Shown piece by piece: positions 11,273-20,260 of a DNA stretch of 64,000 bases (position 1 is its first letter; each line of letters begins with the position of its first letter). Below the pieces are notes generated by a model. The model did no database searches and was not told where the DNA came from. It saw only the letters and a program-made list of their open reading frames with translations. The translations under genes and the position numbers were made by a program. Source of the DNA: a bacterium (lineage in GTDB: Bacteria > Patescibacteriota > Minisyncoccia > Phycocordibacterales > UBA6899); NCBI GenBank assembly GCA_043756865.1, contig JAYUQG010000024.1, positions 91,259 to 155,258 on the forward strand, written 5' to 3'.

Positions 11273-11552
11273 ATATAAACATGCGTGCTCCAGTCACACC
11301 AATGAGCACAGTGGATTTATAGCATATTCTGTCTCAAAATCAAACTTGGATGTCATTTGCATGCGGTTAGGAATTAATCACCAGTCCTAAGTTCACAGAC
11401 AGGACTCGGTCACGAGTTACTAAGTCTTTTGGTGCGAAGGCCACCAAAAGCCCAAGTACTCCCGACCCCGACTCGCCCGTCTCACAAGGCTTCGACATGG
11501 CTCCGTCTTTCGATTCCTGATGAAAGTGCCATTGGGCGCTTTTTTGTAATTG

Positions 11553-11623
11553 TTGCGGGGACAGGAATCGAACCTGTGCCTGAAGGTTATGAGCCTTCCG
11601 AGCTACCGCTGCTCCACCCCGCT
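11553..11623 (-). tRNA. tRNA-Met (CAT), initiator-like
   Basis: GCGGGGTGGAGCAGCGGTAGCTC… resembles bacterial tRNA-fMet. A1:A72 mismatch, anticodon loop CTCATAA, T-loop TTCGATT. CCA not encoded. Confidence 0.8.
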
Positions 11624-11748
11624 ATATTCAATAGTTCCTTGTCCGCATGACTAAGGAAGTGATGATTTCGGCATTATAAGCAATAGAGCCATTTTTCGCA
11701 AGGACTTGCGTAGTGGGCGCAAAACGATAAATCCGATATGATGGAACA

Positions 11749-12369
11749 ATGAATTTGTTCTCACATATTGTGCATTCTCCACTCATAAATATCTCCCTCG
11801 GTTTTATGCTTTCTATGGTATGGGTAATCTTTGCATTTTCACACGTACAGGCATGGCAATCGACGGGCGAATTCGCGCTCCTCGCATTCTGCCTTTCGGA
11901 GACTTTGCAGGCAATGTTTTTTTTGTTTCGTAAGGTTCCCGAAACAGTATCTGTCGACCCCTTTGACTGGCTTGTTGCAGGAGGGGGAACTTTTGCGCCA
12001 CTGCTTTTTCGTCCGGGGGGAGAGGTGCTGTTTGCCCATGGCGACAAAATATTGCTTATTGGCGTATTTTTGCAAATTGCCGCATTAATTTCTTTGAATA
12101 GGAGTTTTGCAATTGTTGCTGCCAAGCGCTCGGTGAAAACAAAAGGCATGTATAGGATTGTGCGCCATCCTATGTATGCGAGTTATATATTCCTTTTGTT
12201 TGGCTACATACTGTTCAACGCCTCAATCGTCAATGTTTTTTTGCTTATGATGGCGTTTCTGTTTATGTATCTGCGGATTGAACAAGAAGAAAAGCACTTA
12301 CTGCAGGATTCGCTCTATCTTGCCTTCACAAAAAAAACAAAGTGGCGACTGATTCCTTTCGTGTATTAG
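11749..12369 (+). CDS. Isoprenylcysteine carboxyl methyltransferase / PEMT-family membrane methyltransferase
   Basis: Multi-TM. C-terminal motif …GMYRIVRHPMYASYIF…LRIEQEEKHL is characteristic of the ICMT/PEMT family. Confidence 0.8.
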   Translation: MNLFSHIVHSPLINISLGFMLSMVWVIFAFSHVQAWQSTGEFALLAFCLSETLQAMFFLFRKVPETVSVDPFDWLVAGGGTFAPLLFRPGGEVLFAHGDKILLIGVFLQIAALISLNRSFAIVAAKRSVKTKGMYRIVRHPMYASYIFLLFGYILFNASIVNVFLLMMAFLFMYLRIEQEEKHLLQDSLYLAFTKKTKWRLIPFVY

Positions 12370-12438
12370 GAGAGAGGAATTGTAAAATAGTGTTGTATCA
12401 TGTATATTCTCGGTACTGTGAATTGATTCGCGTTTTAT

Positions 12439-12514
12439 GCCGTTTTAGCTCAGCTGGTAGAGCATTTCCATGGTAAGGAAAAGGTCCCCGGTTCGATTCC
12501 GGGAAACGGCTCCA
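12439..12514 (+). tRNA. tRNA-Thr (GGT)
   Basis: Acceptor GCCGTTT/AAACGGC, anticodon loop ATGGTAA, T-loop TTCGATT, CCA encoded. Confidence 0.9.
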
Positions 12515-12537
12515 TGCTAGTATCTCGCTACTAGTTT

Positions 12538-12612
12538 GCCGCCTTAGCTCATCTGGTAGAGCAACGGTATCGTAAATCGTAGGTGCCCAGTTCGAGTCTG
12601 GGAGGCGGCTCA
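12538..12612 (+). tRNA. tRNA-Thr (CGT)
   Basis: Acceptor GCCGCCT/AGGCGGC, anticodon stem ACGGT/ATCGT, loop ATCGTAA, T-loop TTCGAGT. Confidence 0.85.
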
Positions 12613-12613
12613 A

Positions 12614-13087
12614 ATGAATTCCTCGGCAAATAATCCGCGTGTGGGTATCGGGGTCATGATATTTCGTGACTTTCCTGCGTACGCAGGTGGAACTGTAGTC
12701 AAAAAAATATTACTAGGAAAACGAAAGAGTAAGCTTGGGCAGGGCGATTGGTCGTTTCCCGGCGGACACCTCGAAGCAGGGGAGTCCTTCGCTACGTGCG
12801 CAATTCGCGAAACTCAGGAAGAGACGGGAATAGAAATAACAAATATGCAATTTCAATTATTGGGAAATATTCCCAACACGTTTTCGGCGCATTATGTCCA
12901 GATTGCATTCACGGCGGATTGGAAGTCCGGTGAGCCTACAGTGATGGAACCGGAGAAGTGTGAACGCTGGGAGTGGAGTACGCTAAATGACTTACCTGAA
13001 CCACTGTTTGTACCAACGCGGATGATGATTGATGCATGGAAAGAGGGAATACATTTTTTAGATAGTAAGCAAAAAAGTAATATTTAG
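12614..13087 (+). CDS. NUDIX hydrolase
   Basis: Nudix box GGHLEAGESFATCAIRETQEETGI. Confidence 0.9.
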   Translation: MNSSANNPRVGIGVMIFRDFPAYAGGTVVKKILLGKRKSKLGQGDWSFPGGHLEAGESFATCAIRETQEETGIEITNMQFQLLGNIPNTFSAHYVQIAFTADWKSGEPTVMEPEKCERWEWSTLNDLPEPLFVPTRMMIDAWKEGIHFLDSKQKSNI

Positions 13088-13092
13088 TATTT

Positions 13093-13114
13093 AAAAAGCC
13101 GCGCAATGCGCGGC
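13093..13114 (-). terminator. Intrinsic terminator for the minus-strand gene 13121..13612 (hairpin GCCGCGC-aat-GCGCGGC plus U-run on the minus strand)
   Basis: Perfect 7-bp GC stem. AAAAA on the plus strand becomes a U-tract on the minus strand. Confidence 0.6.
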
Positions 13115-13120
13115 TTGTGG

Positions 13121-13612
13121 CTATGTTCTGAGAACTCGTGGAATATCCCCCGAGTAAATACGCCTGAGAATCAGGGGAATGAGCAATGCGTTACTGAGAA
13201 GAAAAAGCACAGTGCCCAACCATCGGCAGAGATCGCCGATACTCACGATGTTTACGCCCCCCTCGAAGGGGTAGTCAAGCCATTTGCCCCACCACCGAAT
13301 TGCGGAACCGATGGCTCCACGCGGAATCTCGTCTTCCCAATTCGGAAAGTCGATACGCACTCGGTCTGCAAGTATGAGCAGTTTGCCATCATCTACGAAC
13401 TGGCGAGGTGTTCCTGCGTTGGTCGTGATAATTCCGGGTATATCGACAATGACCGGCATGACCCCGTCATTTACTTCCACCACTATGCCGTTCATCACAA
13501 CTCCCCATGCATTGAGCGCAAGCCCAATGACGACAAGGAGAGTGAGCGCGGTATCAACGAAACCCCATTTGGTTCGCTCGCGACGAAGATTCAGTTCTTG
13601 AGAGAGTTCCAT
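13121..13612 (-). CDS. Hypothetical membrane protein (163 aa)
   Basis: N-terminal TM helix (ALTLLVVIGLALNAWGVV). Terminator directly downstream. Preferred over the overlapping, low-complexity plus-strand reading. Confidence 0.45.
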   Translation of the reverse strand: MELSQELNLRRERTKWGFVDTALTLLVVIGLALNAWGVVMNGIVVEVNDGVMPVIVDIPGIITTNAGTPRQFVDDGKLLILADRVRIDFPNWEDEIPRGAIGSAIRWWGKWLDYPFEGGVNIVSIGDLCRWLGTVLFLLSNALLIPLILRRIYSGDIPRVLRT

Positions 13613-13741
13613 GTGTACTCCTTAGAATGGAAAGATGTGTCAGCCAAGTATAATAATAGTACAAAAAAACTGAATTGTCAAACACGCAAGTCAGTAACAA
13701 GGAGGACATGCAGTGTTCGTCTAGGTATTTGCTATACTCGC

Positions 13742-14227
13742 ATGATGAATACGTACACCGTGCGCACCGCAACAAAAAAAGATATAGACGCGCTTATTCC
13801 ACTGCAAAAAGAGATGGCAAAATATCACCACGCGCTCGATTCCATCTGGAATAAGGGAGCAAAGGATGATTCTGTTTGGCGTGAAATGCTTCTTGGGTTT
13901 TTTAAAAGAGGAAAAAATTTTTCCTTTCTCGTGCTTGAGTGTAATGGAAAAATAGTTGGTTATGCGAACGCAGAAATAAAGGTCGCGAGTCCCGCATATG
14001 CAGTCAAGTTGCTCGGGCATATAGGTAGTGTGTATGTGCAAAAACCCTATCGTCGCTCAGGTCTTGCAAGTATGGCAGTTGACCACTCCATGGACTGGTT
14101 TAAGAAAAATAAGGTGACATGGGTTACGCTTCAGGTTGATACAGACAATCCTTTGGGCACTAAAACGTGGAAGAAACTTGGATTTGAGGAGTGGCGCTTG
14201 GTGTTACGCAAGAAGCTACGTACATAG
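13742..14227 (+). CDS. GNAT-family N-acetyltransferase
   Basis: …IVGYANAEIKV…GSVYVQKPYRRSGLASMAV… is the acetyl-CoA binding region (Q/RxxGxG/A-like). Confidence 0.8.
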   Translation: MMNTYTVRTATKKDIDALIPLQKEMAKYHHALDSIWNKGAKDDSVWREMLLGFFKRGKNFSFLVLECNGKIVGYANAEIKVASPAYAVKLLGHIGSVYVQKPYRRSGLASMAVDHSMDWFKKNKVTWVTLQVDTDNPLGTKTWKKLGFEEWRLVLRKKLRT

Positions 14228-14269
14228 CCTGTTGGTTGCATCGCGCGCAGTTCTCGCTATGATACCTCT

Positions 14270-14962
14270 ATGTCCAAGCATAAGGAGTTTTGGAATAAAG
14301 AATACAAGACTGCAGAGCACCTGCAGCTTTCAGACGAGCCCGCAGAGGACTTGGAGAAGTTTTGTCGTTGGCTGGAGCGCAATCATGGCAAAAAATATTT
14401 GAACGTGACAACGCGCGTGCTGGACCTCGGCAGCGGCAATGGCCGTAACCTGATTTATCTTGCACAGAACTATGGCATGCGTGCGGTGGGATATGACATT
14501 TCCGAGGAGGGAGTGAAGCTTGCAACTAAGGCATCTCAAGGTATGCCAATCAAATATGTTACTCGTTCGATTGCGGGAGAGTTTGAGGAAAAAGATTCCT
14601 CGTTCGATGTGGTGATGGATATGATGACCTCACATTTTCTTCGCGAACAAGAACGCGAAATGCTGCTTCGCGAGACACTTCGCGTACTTAAGCCAGGGGG
14701 ATGGCTTTTTTATAAATCTTTCCTCGCCGACCAAGACTTGAATGTTAAACGACTCCTAAATAAACATAGTGCAGATGAAAAAGATTCATACATCCACCCG
14801 ACGCTCGGCGTGTACGAGCATGTTTGGACAGAAGAAACATTGCACGAGTTTTTTGCTCCTCATTTCGTTATTGAAAAGGTTGAGAAGTCGTTTAAGCATA
14901 TTCGTGACGGAAAGGCATTTAAGCGCAGAACCGTTGTCGCATATCTCAGAAAGCCTTTTTAG
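14270..14962 (+). CDS. Class I SAM-dependent methyltransferase
   Basis: Motif I VLDLGSGNGRN. Post-I acidic residue (GYDISEEG). Confidence 0.85.
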   Translation: MSKHKEFWNKEYKTAEHLQLSDEPAEDLEKFCRWLERNHGKKYLNVTTRVLDLGSGNGRNLIYLAQNYGMRAVGYDISEEGVKLATKASQGMPIKYVTRSIAGEFEEKDSSFDVVMDMMTSHFLREQEREMLLRETLRVLKPGGWLFYKSFLADQDLNVKRLLNKHSADEKDSYIHPTLGVYEHVWTEETLHEFFAPHFVIEKVEKSFKHIRDGKAFKRRTVVAYLRKPF

Positions 14963-15002
14963 GGTAAATAGGATATGTGAGTACTATCGCGCCACGACTT
15001 AT

Positions 15003-15031
15003 AAAAAAGCGCCAGCACAATTTGCTGGCGA
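15003..15031 (-). terminator. Intrinsic terminator (GCGCCAGC-acaattt-GCTGGCG) serving the minus-strand ORF 15048..15359
   Basis: 8-bp stem followed by a T-run on the minus strand. Confidence 0.5.
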
Positions 15032-15047
15032 GTGTTGCTTCATTCTC

Positions 15048-15359
15048 TCACGAGACGCAAACGGGCGTCGCGGTGTGTTTTGCGTGGTACTCACTTGGGG
15101 GAAGTCCACCGATTTGCGCAAATGGCGTTTCGCCTGCGACGTATCCCCAAGAGCAGACGCCGCATGTGCATGAGCCACCTTTGTCAAAGTGGGCTGGGAG
15201 AGTGTCCTTGCATTGCGGGCAATGCGCTGTGATGACCTTCGAGGTGACCATGGCGTCCTTCCATTGATTGTTGCAACCCAAAATATACACTAAGTTATAC
15301 ATATTGTCAATGTTTTTGTTGGAGGGGTACATATTTACAAAGCTTAAATTATCTTGCAA
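15048..15359 (-). CDS. Small Cys-rich protein (possible zinc-ribbon), hypothetical
   Basis: CPQCKDTL…CTCGVCSWGY has four Cys in C-x2-C…C-x-C-x2-C spacing. Own terminator downstream. Confidence 0.35.
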   Translation of the reverse strand: MQDNLSFVNMYPSNKNIDNMYNLVYILGCNNQWKDAMVTSKVITAHCPQCKDTLPAHFDKGGSCTCGVCSWGYVAGETPFAQIGGLPPSEYHAKHTATPVCVS

Positions 15360-15432
15360 AAAGATGTGGTTGGAATAGCATTAGCCCAGAGCTGTTATTT
15401 CACATAGTTCAACTTTATAAAGGGGATCAGAT

Positions 15433-18027
15433 ATGGGCTGGTTCAAAAATGGGGCGGGTGACGAAGCTGAGCGCAGAAAAAGTGAACGGCGCGCAGCAGC
15501 GTTAGCACAGAACGCAAAGCGCTCCCGTGTCTGGCGTTTCTTTGCTGTCGGACTCCCTGCACTGGCTTGGACACTCTTGTGGCTTGTTGGCCTTCCGCTC
15601 GCATGCTTCGGCATGATTGGATTGTGGTACTTCGCCGACAGTCTGCTCGACACCAATACGCTTGAAAGCGTTGCGATCGTCTTCTCCACCGTTGTGTCCG
15701 AATTCATCTATGCAGTGGATATGCGCACGGGTTGGTTCTCGTATGAGATGCCAAAGGTATTCACGCTCGGAGTCAAAGAGTACATACTCACCATTCCGTT
15801 TGTTTTTTACCTGAAAGTTGCGAGTGCGGCACTCGTTGCGCTTACTGCGTTCTTTGTGGCGATTCGCTACAAAAAGGCGCGCTGGGCAGCATCGCTTATT
15901 GCGCTCATCCTGTTCACCGGAATTTCCGTCGGGTACTACACCGTTTTGGATCCCGTGGCCGCACCTCCTGCCTACGGAACACAGCTGCGCGACTTTCGCA
16001 TGCGTGAAGCTACTCATGTCACCGACGCGACAGGCACAAACGAGATTGGCTGTTTTGCGCATGAAAATCGCAACATCGTCGACCTTGCGCAGGTGAGTCC
16101 GCATCTCCTTCAAGCCATTCTTGCGTCCGAAGACCACAAGTTTTACGACCATGCGGGAGTGAACCTGTACGCGATTGTGCGTGCGGCGTTTGCAAACGCC
16201 ATGAAAGCAAAGATTGCTTCAGGCGCTTCGACGATTCCGATGCAACTGACGAAAAACGTGTTTTTGACTCCGGAAAAGTCGCTTATCCGCAAGGCGCGGG
16301 AGGCGGTCATCGCCATACATCTGGAGCATTCGGTTTCAAAAGACGAACTCCTGTATTTGTACATCAACCTTGTGTACTTCGGTGGCGCATATGGCGTCGA
16401 GGCGGCGAGTCAATCGTACTTCGGCAAGTCGGCAAAAAATGTGACCATTGCGGAAGCGGCATTTCTCGCAGCGCTCATCAACCAACCTGAAGCATATCGC
16501 CGTGGCGGCACTGCTGGGCGAAAAGCAATCATGGTGCGCCAAGTGCGCGTTGTGGACTTGATGGTCAAACGCGGAATGATTTCGGCAAGAGATGGCGACC
16601 TCGCAAAACAGCAAACGCTCGCGCCGCAAGAGTACAAGGGTACCTGCACACGTACTGAGGCGTACATTAACGCTGCGGTGAATCGTGAATTCGGCATTGA
16701 CCGCAAGATACCGATTGCAAGCGCCGGACTCAATATTCAAACGACTATTGACCTCGCGAAGCAGTCGGTGCTCGACAAGGCATGCAGAAAGGCCATTGAA
16801 GACTATCTGAAGCGTCGTCCGGAAAATGCGGAAACGATACGCTGCTCGTCGCTTGCGATAAAGACGCAGACGGGTGAAGTTGTCGCCATGGTGAGCGGTC
16901 AGAACTTTAAGATCGATCAGTATGACCACGTGGAGATGTCTGAACGCCAAGCGGGTTCGGTGTTCAAGCCCTTCGTGTATGCGGCACTCTTGGAAAAAAT
17001 CGAACTCGACGAGCTGGCGCTTCGCGAAGAACGCTGCTCCTCCATCACGGAAGACGAATGCACCGCACTCATGTCCATTCCAATTGACCTGAACTCGCTC
17101 TGCAAGGTCCTCGACGCTCCTGTTTGGGTGCCTCAAGTCGTGGGGTGGAAAGGTCGCATCGTCTCACGGCATGTGATCAACAACTACCCCTATGAGGCGC
17201 GCCCACAGCATCGTGGATGGATTTCCTGCACGCTTGCGCTCGGAGAAAGTCGCAATACTGCAACCATCTGGGGTGAAGGTCAGCTGGCTCCCGCAAGTTG
17301 GGGAGAACTGGAGCGCTGGGTTTACGGGGCGAAGACTGTGGTTAGCATGGCGCACCGCTTGGGTGTGAAGAGTCCGCTCGAACACAAGAGCGTAACCGGC
17401 AAGACCGCAGAAGAGCGTGCACAATCGCTCCCCAACTACACCATCGGCATCGGTTCCGCTGAGGTGACATTGTGGGAAATGGCAGAAGCATTCTTGCCGC
17501 TTATGAATGGAGGATGCAAACAAAGCATCTCATTCATCAAGAAAGCGACGAACGCTGAAGGCAAGGTCATCTACGAACACCTGCTCGCACCTTCGTGCAA
17601 GCGCGTGCTCTCACCGCGAGTGGCGGCCGCAATGCGCGACTTGATGACCGCATCGATTGATGTGCGCGGACAGCGTGGCTCGAATGCTCCCGGGGACGTA
17701 CTCCTCGGCACGGCTGCAAGCTTGCGCAAGTCTTTCCCGGAGGGCGTGCTCTACGGGAAGACAGGTACCGCTACGGGCCCAGATGGAACCTCATCGACCG
17801 AGAACTGGTTCATCGGTGCGAGCGCCGATTACCTTGTGGCGACAAGGCTGAATAACGTCAACAAGACGCCCCTCGGCAAGAAAGAGACCGGCGGCAGGAA
17901 CGCGCTTCCTGTATTTGATATCTTCAACAGGGAATTGAAACTCTTCGACCCGCTCGCCGTTTCTCCTCCCATCGACACCAGTGCGTCGTGGGCCCCTCCG
18001 GCACCACGGCCGATGGCAACCCGTTGA
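15433..18027 (+). CDS. Class A penicillin-binding protein (bifunctional GT51 transglycosylase / transpeptidase, PBP1A family)
   Basis: GT51 motifs (EDHKFYDH…, …TIPMQLTKN…). Transpeptidase SxxK (SVFK) and KTGT (YGKTGTATG). N-terminal TM anchor. Confidence 0.95.
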   Translation: MGWFKNGAGDEAERRKSERRAAALAQNAKRSRVWRFFAVGLPALAWTLLWLVGLPLACFGMIGLWYFADSLLDTNTLESVAIVFSTVVSEFIYAVDMRTGWFSYEMPKVFTLGVKEYILTIPFVFYLKVASAALVALTAFFVAIRYKKARWAASLIALILFTGISVGYYTVLDPVAAPPAYGTQLRDFRMREATHVTDATGTNEIGCFAHENRNIVDLAQVSPHLLQAILASEDHKFYDHAGVNLYAIVRAAFANAMKAKIASGASTIPMQLTKNVFLTPEKSLIRKAREAVIAIHLEHSVSKDELLYLYINLVYFGGAYGVEAASQSYFGKSAKNVTIAEAAFLAALINQPEAYRRGGTAGRKAIMVRQVRVVDLMVKRGMISARDGDLAKQQTLAPQEYKGTCTRTEAYINAAVNREFGIDRKIPIASAGLNIQTTIDLAKQSVLDKACRKAIEDYLKRRPENAETIRCSSLAIKTQTGEVVAMVSGQNFKIDQYDHVEMSERQAGSVFKPFVYAALLEKIELDELALREERCSSITEDECTALMSIPIDLNSLCKVLDAPVWVPQVVGWKGRIVSRHVINNYPYEARPQHRGWISCTLALGESRNTATIWGEGQLAPASWGELERWVYGAKTVVSMAHRLGVKSPLEHKSVTGKTAEERAQSLPNYTIGIGSAEVTLWEMAEAFLPLMNGGCKQSISFIKKATNAEGKVIYEHLLAPSCKRVLSPRVAAAMRDLMTASIDVRGQRGSNAPGDVLLGTAASLRKSFPEGVLYGKTGTATGPDGTSSTENWFIGASADYLVATRLNNVNKTPLGKKETGGRNALPVFDIFNRELKLFDPLAVSPPIDTSASWAPPAPRPMATR

Positions 18028-18053
18028 GCGGTATGTGAAATAGTTCTTAGCAT

Positions 18054-18086
18054 CCCCCGCGCCTTGGCGCGGGGGCTTTCTTTTTG
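18054..18086 (+). terminator. Intrinsic terminator after the PBP gene (CCCCCGCGCC-tt-GGCGCGGGGG plus T-run)
   Basis: 10-bp GC stem followed by tttctttttg. Confidence 0.7.
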
Positions 18087-18140
18087 CCAAATTCACGTTA
18101 TGGTGAGATGAGACAGCTGTTTAACTTTTTGGAGAATAAC

Positions 18141-19466
18141 ATGAAAGCACTCCTCGCAGTGTTTTTGAGCGCTACTACAGTTGCGTGTCTCGCAGCGCCA
18201 CCTTTGCCGACCGTTGCTCCTGAGTTGCGCGGTGAATACATTTTGACTAAAGTCGCCGAGGCAGAAGAGCGTTGTCGCGATGAGCCGCTCACGCTTCCGC
18301 AGTCACCTGATCCGAAGGGCGCAAACAATACCTGGTTCATTGAACGCCCCGTGCTTTTGTGCGCCTACAGTGAAGTCAATCGCACTTGGCACCCCGTTGT
18401 GGTCACGATTCCGTCTCCCGTTCCTCGCGAATATTTTGCGTGTATCGGTGCAGCGCAGACTGTGCAAGACCGCAAATCATGTGTCATGCCCTATCGTATA
18501 ATTAGCGATGGGTATAGGCTCGCACACCTTGGCGGCACTGGAGCAACCCGACTTTCATTCAATGTTTGGCATCAAGCAACGGGGGAGCGTCTCACGGTCT
18601 ACCGTACGCGACATCTCTGGCTTGACGATGATGCACTCAAGAGTAGAGACATTACTCGAGTCATCGCCACGATGCGGACGATTAGCTACACACCGTATCA
18701 CGCCGATCTTTATGATCCTGCGTTGGTGGTCGAGGGGAAAGAGTTTCTCTATCGCGCCGTGGAGCGGTCGCTTGCGGAGATGACACACGTGCCATCAAAC
18801 GCATTTCCTGATCGGACCCTCTCGAAATCAGTCCCATGGGAAATTCCCATGGCACTCGCGATCATTGAGCAGATGGATGACAAGGCATTTGAGGAGTTGC
18901 CCACCGTAACGACAGAGGCAGTGTTTGTGGAATACGCGCTCAACCGCGAGCGCACGTTTATGTGGACGCAATCATCCGCAATGGCAATTGGTCCAATGCA
19001 GTTCACCAACGGTAATGGCAACGGCACCTATTCATCCGTGGTCGCGCGATGCCCAGAGGCCAAGCTCAATCCGAACTTTGATGTTGGCGCACGCGAACTG
19101 ACGAACTCAATTAAGGCAGCGATTTGCCTGATTGATCTTGAGGTTGCGCAGTTCCCACGTATCGCTAAGCTGTTCGAGCGCAGCCCGATCCTGGCAGGTA
19201 TCTATCCTGTCGCTGCCTATAACGGCTCGCCCGCCTCTGCGCGCGCACTCTATGACTGGGTTTTGCGTCGAGGTATCGACATCGAGGCTGACGCCGTGGC
19301 TGTGCCGGATGCACTGCATATGAAACGCCACGAATCATGCCCCTGTCGTCTTGCGAACGGAAAGCTCCGCAAAAAGGGAACTCGGCTTGTGATAAAGCAA
19401 AACACCGAAACACCGGGGTACATCAAGAAATACATTTTTGTCATCAATTACCTTTCAAAGGAATAA
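18141..19466 (+). CDS. Hypothetical lipoprotein-like secreted protein; weak SLT-like GPMQF motif
   Basis: Signal peptide MKALLAVFLSATTVAC. …WTQSSAMAIGPMQF… resembles the lytic-transglycosylase ES…GLMQ motif, but with Q in place of the catalytic E. Follows the PBP gene. Confidence 0.5.
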   Translation: MKALLAVFLSATTVACLAAPPLPTVAPELRGEYILTKVAEAEERCRDEPLTLPQSPDPKGANNTWFIERPVLLCAYSEVNRTWHPVVVTIPSPVPREYFACIGAAQTVQDRKSCVMPYRIISDGYRLAHLGGTGATRLSFNVWHQATGERLTVYRTRHLWLDDDALKSRDITRVIATMRTISYTPYHADLYDPALVVEGKEFLYRAVERSLAEMTHVPSNAFPDRTLSKSVPWEIPMALAIIEQMDDKAFEELPTVTTEAVFVEYALNRERTFMWTQSSAMAIGPMQFTNGNGNGTYSSVVARCPEAKLNPNFDVGARELTNSIKAAICLIDLEVAQFPRIAKLFERSPILAGIYPVAAYNGSPASARALYDWVLRRGIDIEADAVAVPDALHMKRHESCPCRLANGKLRKKGTRLVIKQNTETPGYIKKYIFVINYLSKE

Positions 19467-19496
19467 ATAAACACCCGCCATGGCGGGTGTTTTCTT
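19462..19496. terminator. Bidirectional intrinsic terminator (ACACCCGCC-atg-GGCGGGTGT flanked by A-run and T-run) between convergent genes
   Basis: Perfect 9-bp stem. Polyadenine 5' and polythymine 3'. Confidence 0.65.
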
Positions 19497-20169
19497 ATGC
19501 AAACAAATGCGGCTTGTCCGTGAAGATGCGCTCGGCTCCCCAGTCATAGACGCGCTTAGCCGTCTTCAGGTCATTTACTGTCCATACCCACACATGAAAG
19601 CTTAGTGCTTTGGCGCGAGCCATGAACTCACCTCCGTTTTGCATGTCCATGTCTGCGTTCATATATTCCATGTGCAGATTATCTATCTGCGCTTCGTGGA
19701 GGATATCGAGGTAGCGCACATCGGGGATAGCGTCCATGATGACGCCGACCGTGAGGCGGGGGGAGCGTTTTTTGATGAGCAACGCAGTGGGGTGGTGAAA
19801 TGTGGAAATGACAAATTGCTCTGCCCGCCATCCAGCATGGGTGATGTACCAATGCATAATCTCCAGCACTCTTTGCCATATGGCTGGGTCTTTGATTTCG
19901 ATATTTACACGACAGGAATCATTGATCACATCGAGCGCATCCACGATAGTTGGAACATTGCCTCCAGAATAAGGGTCATGCGCAATGACAGGAAAATTTT
20001 TATCCCCAAGTGGGTTTATTCTTGCATCGAATTCGATCATTACTGCACCTCTATCAATCGAGGCACGAAACGCCGCAAGTGAGTTTTCGGCAATGAGGAC
20101 AATATGCCCTCCGCAGTTGACATATCCGTGCCGGCCTCGATGGTCGATGAGATCTTTCTGGGTGAACAT
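19495..20169 (-). CDS. Glycerophosphodiester phosphodiesterase (GDPD/UgpQ family)
   Basis: IDHRG…ENSLAAF…IEFDARI catalytic motifs. The start could also be at 20181. Confidence 0.85.
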   Translation of the reverse strand: MFTQKDLIDHRGRHGYVNCGGHIVLIAENSLAAFRASIDRGAVMIEFDARINPLGDKNFPVIAHDPYSGGNVPTIVDALDVINDSCRVNIEIKDPAIWQRVLEIMHWYITHAGWRAEQFVISTFHHPTALLIKKRSPRLTVGVIMDAIPDVRYLDILHEAQIDNLHMEYMNADMDMQNGGEFMARAKALSFHVWVWTVNDLKTAKRVYDWGAERIFTDKPHLFA

Positions 20170-20260
20170 GCAACACTCCAAGGAACACTGTCCTCATTCA
20201 ACCAAGTTTACAAAAGGAGTCAACCCGAGATAAAGGTTGCTATTTGCTATACTGGATTTC

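Noticed and set aside
10939-11650. Plus-strand ORFs 10939..11253 and 11429..11650 (and minus-strand ORFs 10793..11119 and 12398..12613) in the tRNA regions
   Set aside because: They overlap bona fide tRNA genes, or sit in hairpin-rich spacer DNA, with nonsense-like low-complexity translations. Treated as spurious.
13106-13741. Long N-terminal extension of the plus-strand ORF 13106..14227
   Set aside because: The translation is Cys/His/Asn-rich nonsense. Only the C-terminal 161 aa form a GNAT domain. The opposite strand encodes a membrane protein with its own terminator, so the GNAT gene was trimmed to 13742.
15381-17523. Minus-strand ORFs (15381..15707, 15502..16152, 16336..17136, 16410..16733, 17164..17523) antisense to the PBP gene
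   Set aside because: These are antisense shadows of a highly confident 864-aa CDS, with Arg/Cys-rich translations typical of the wrong frame.
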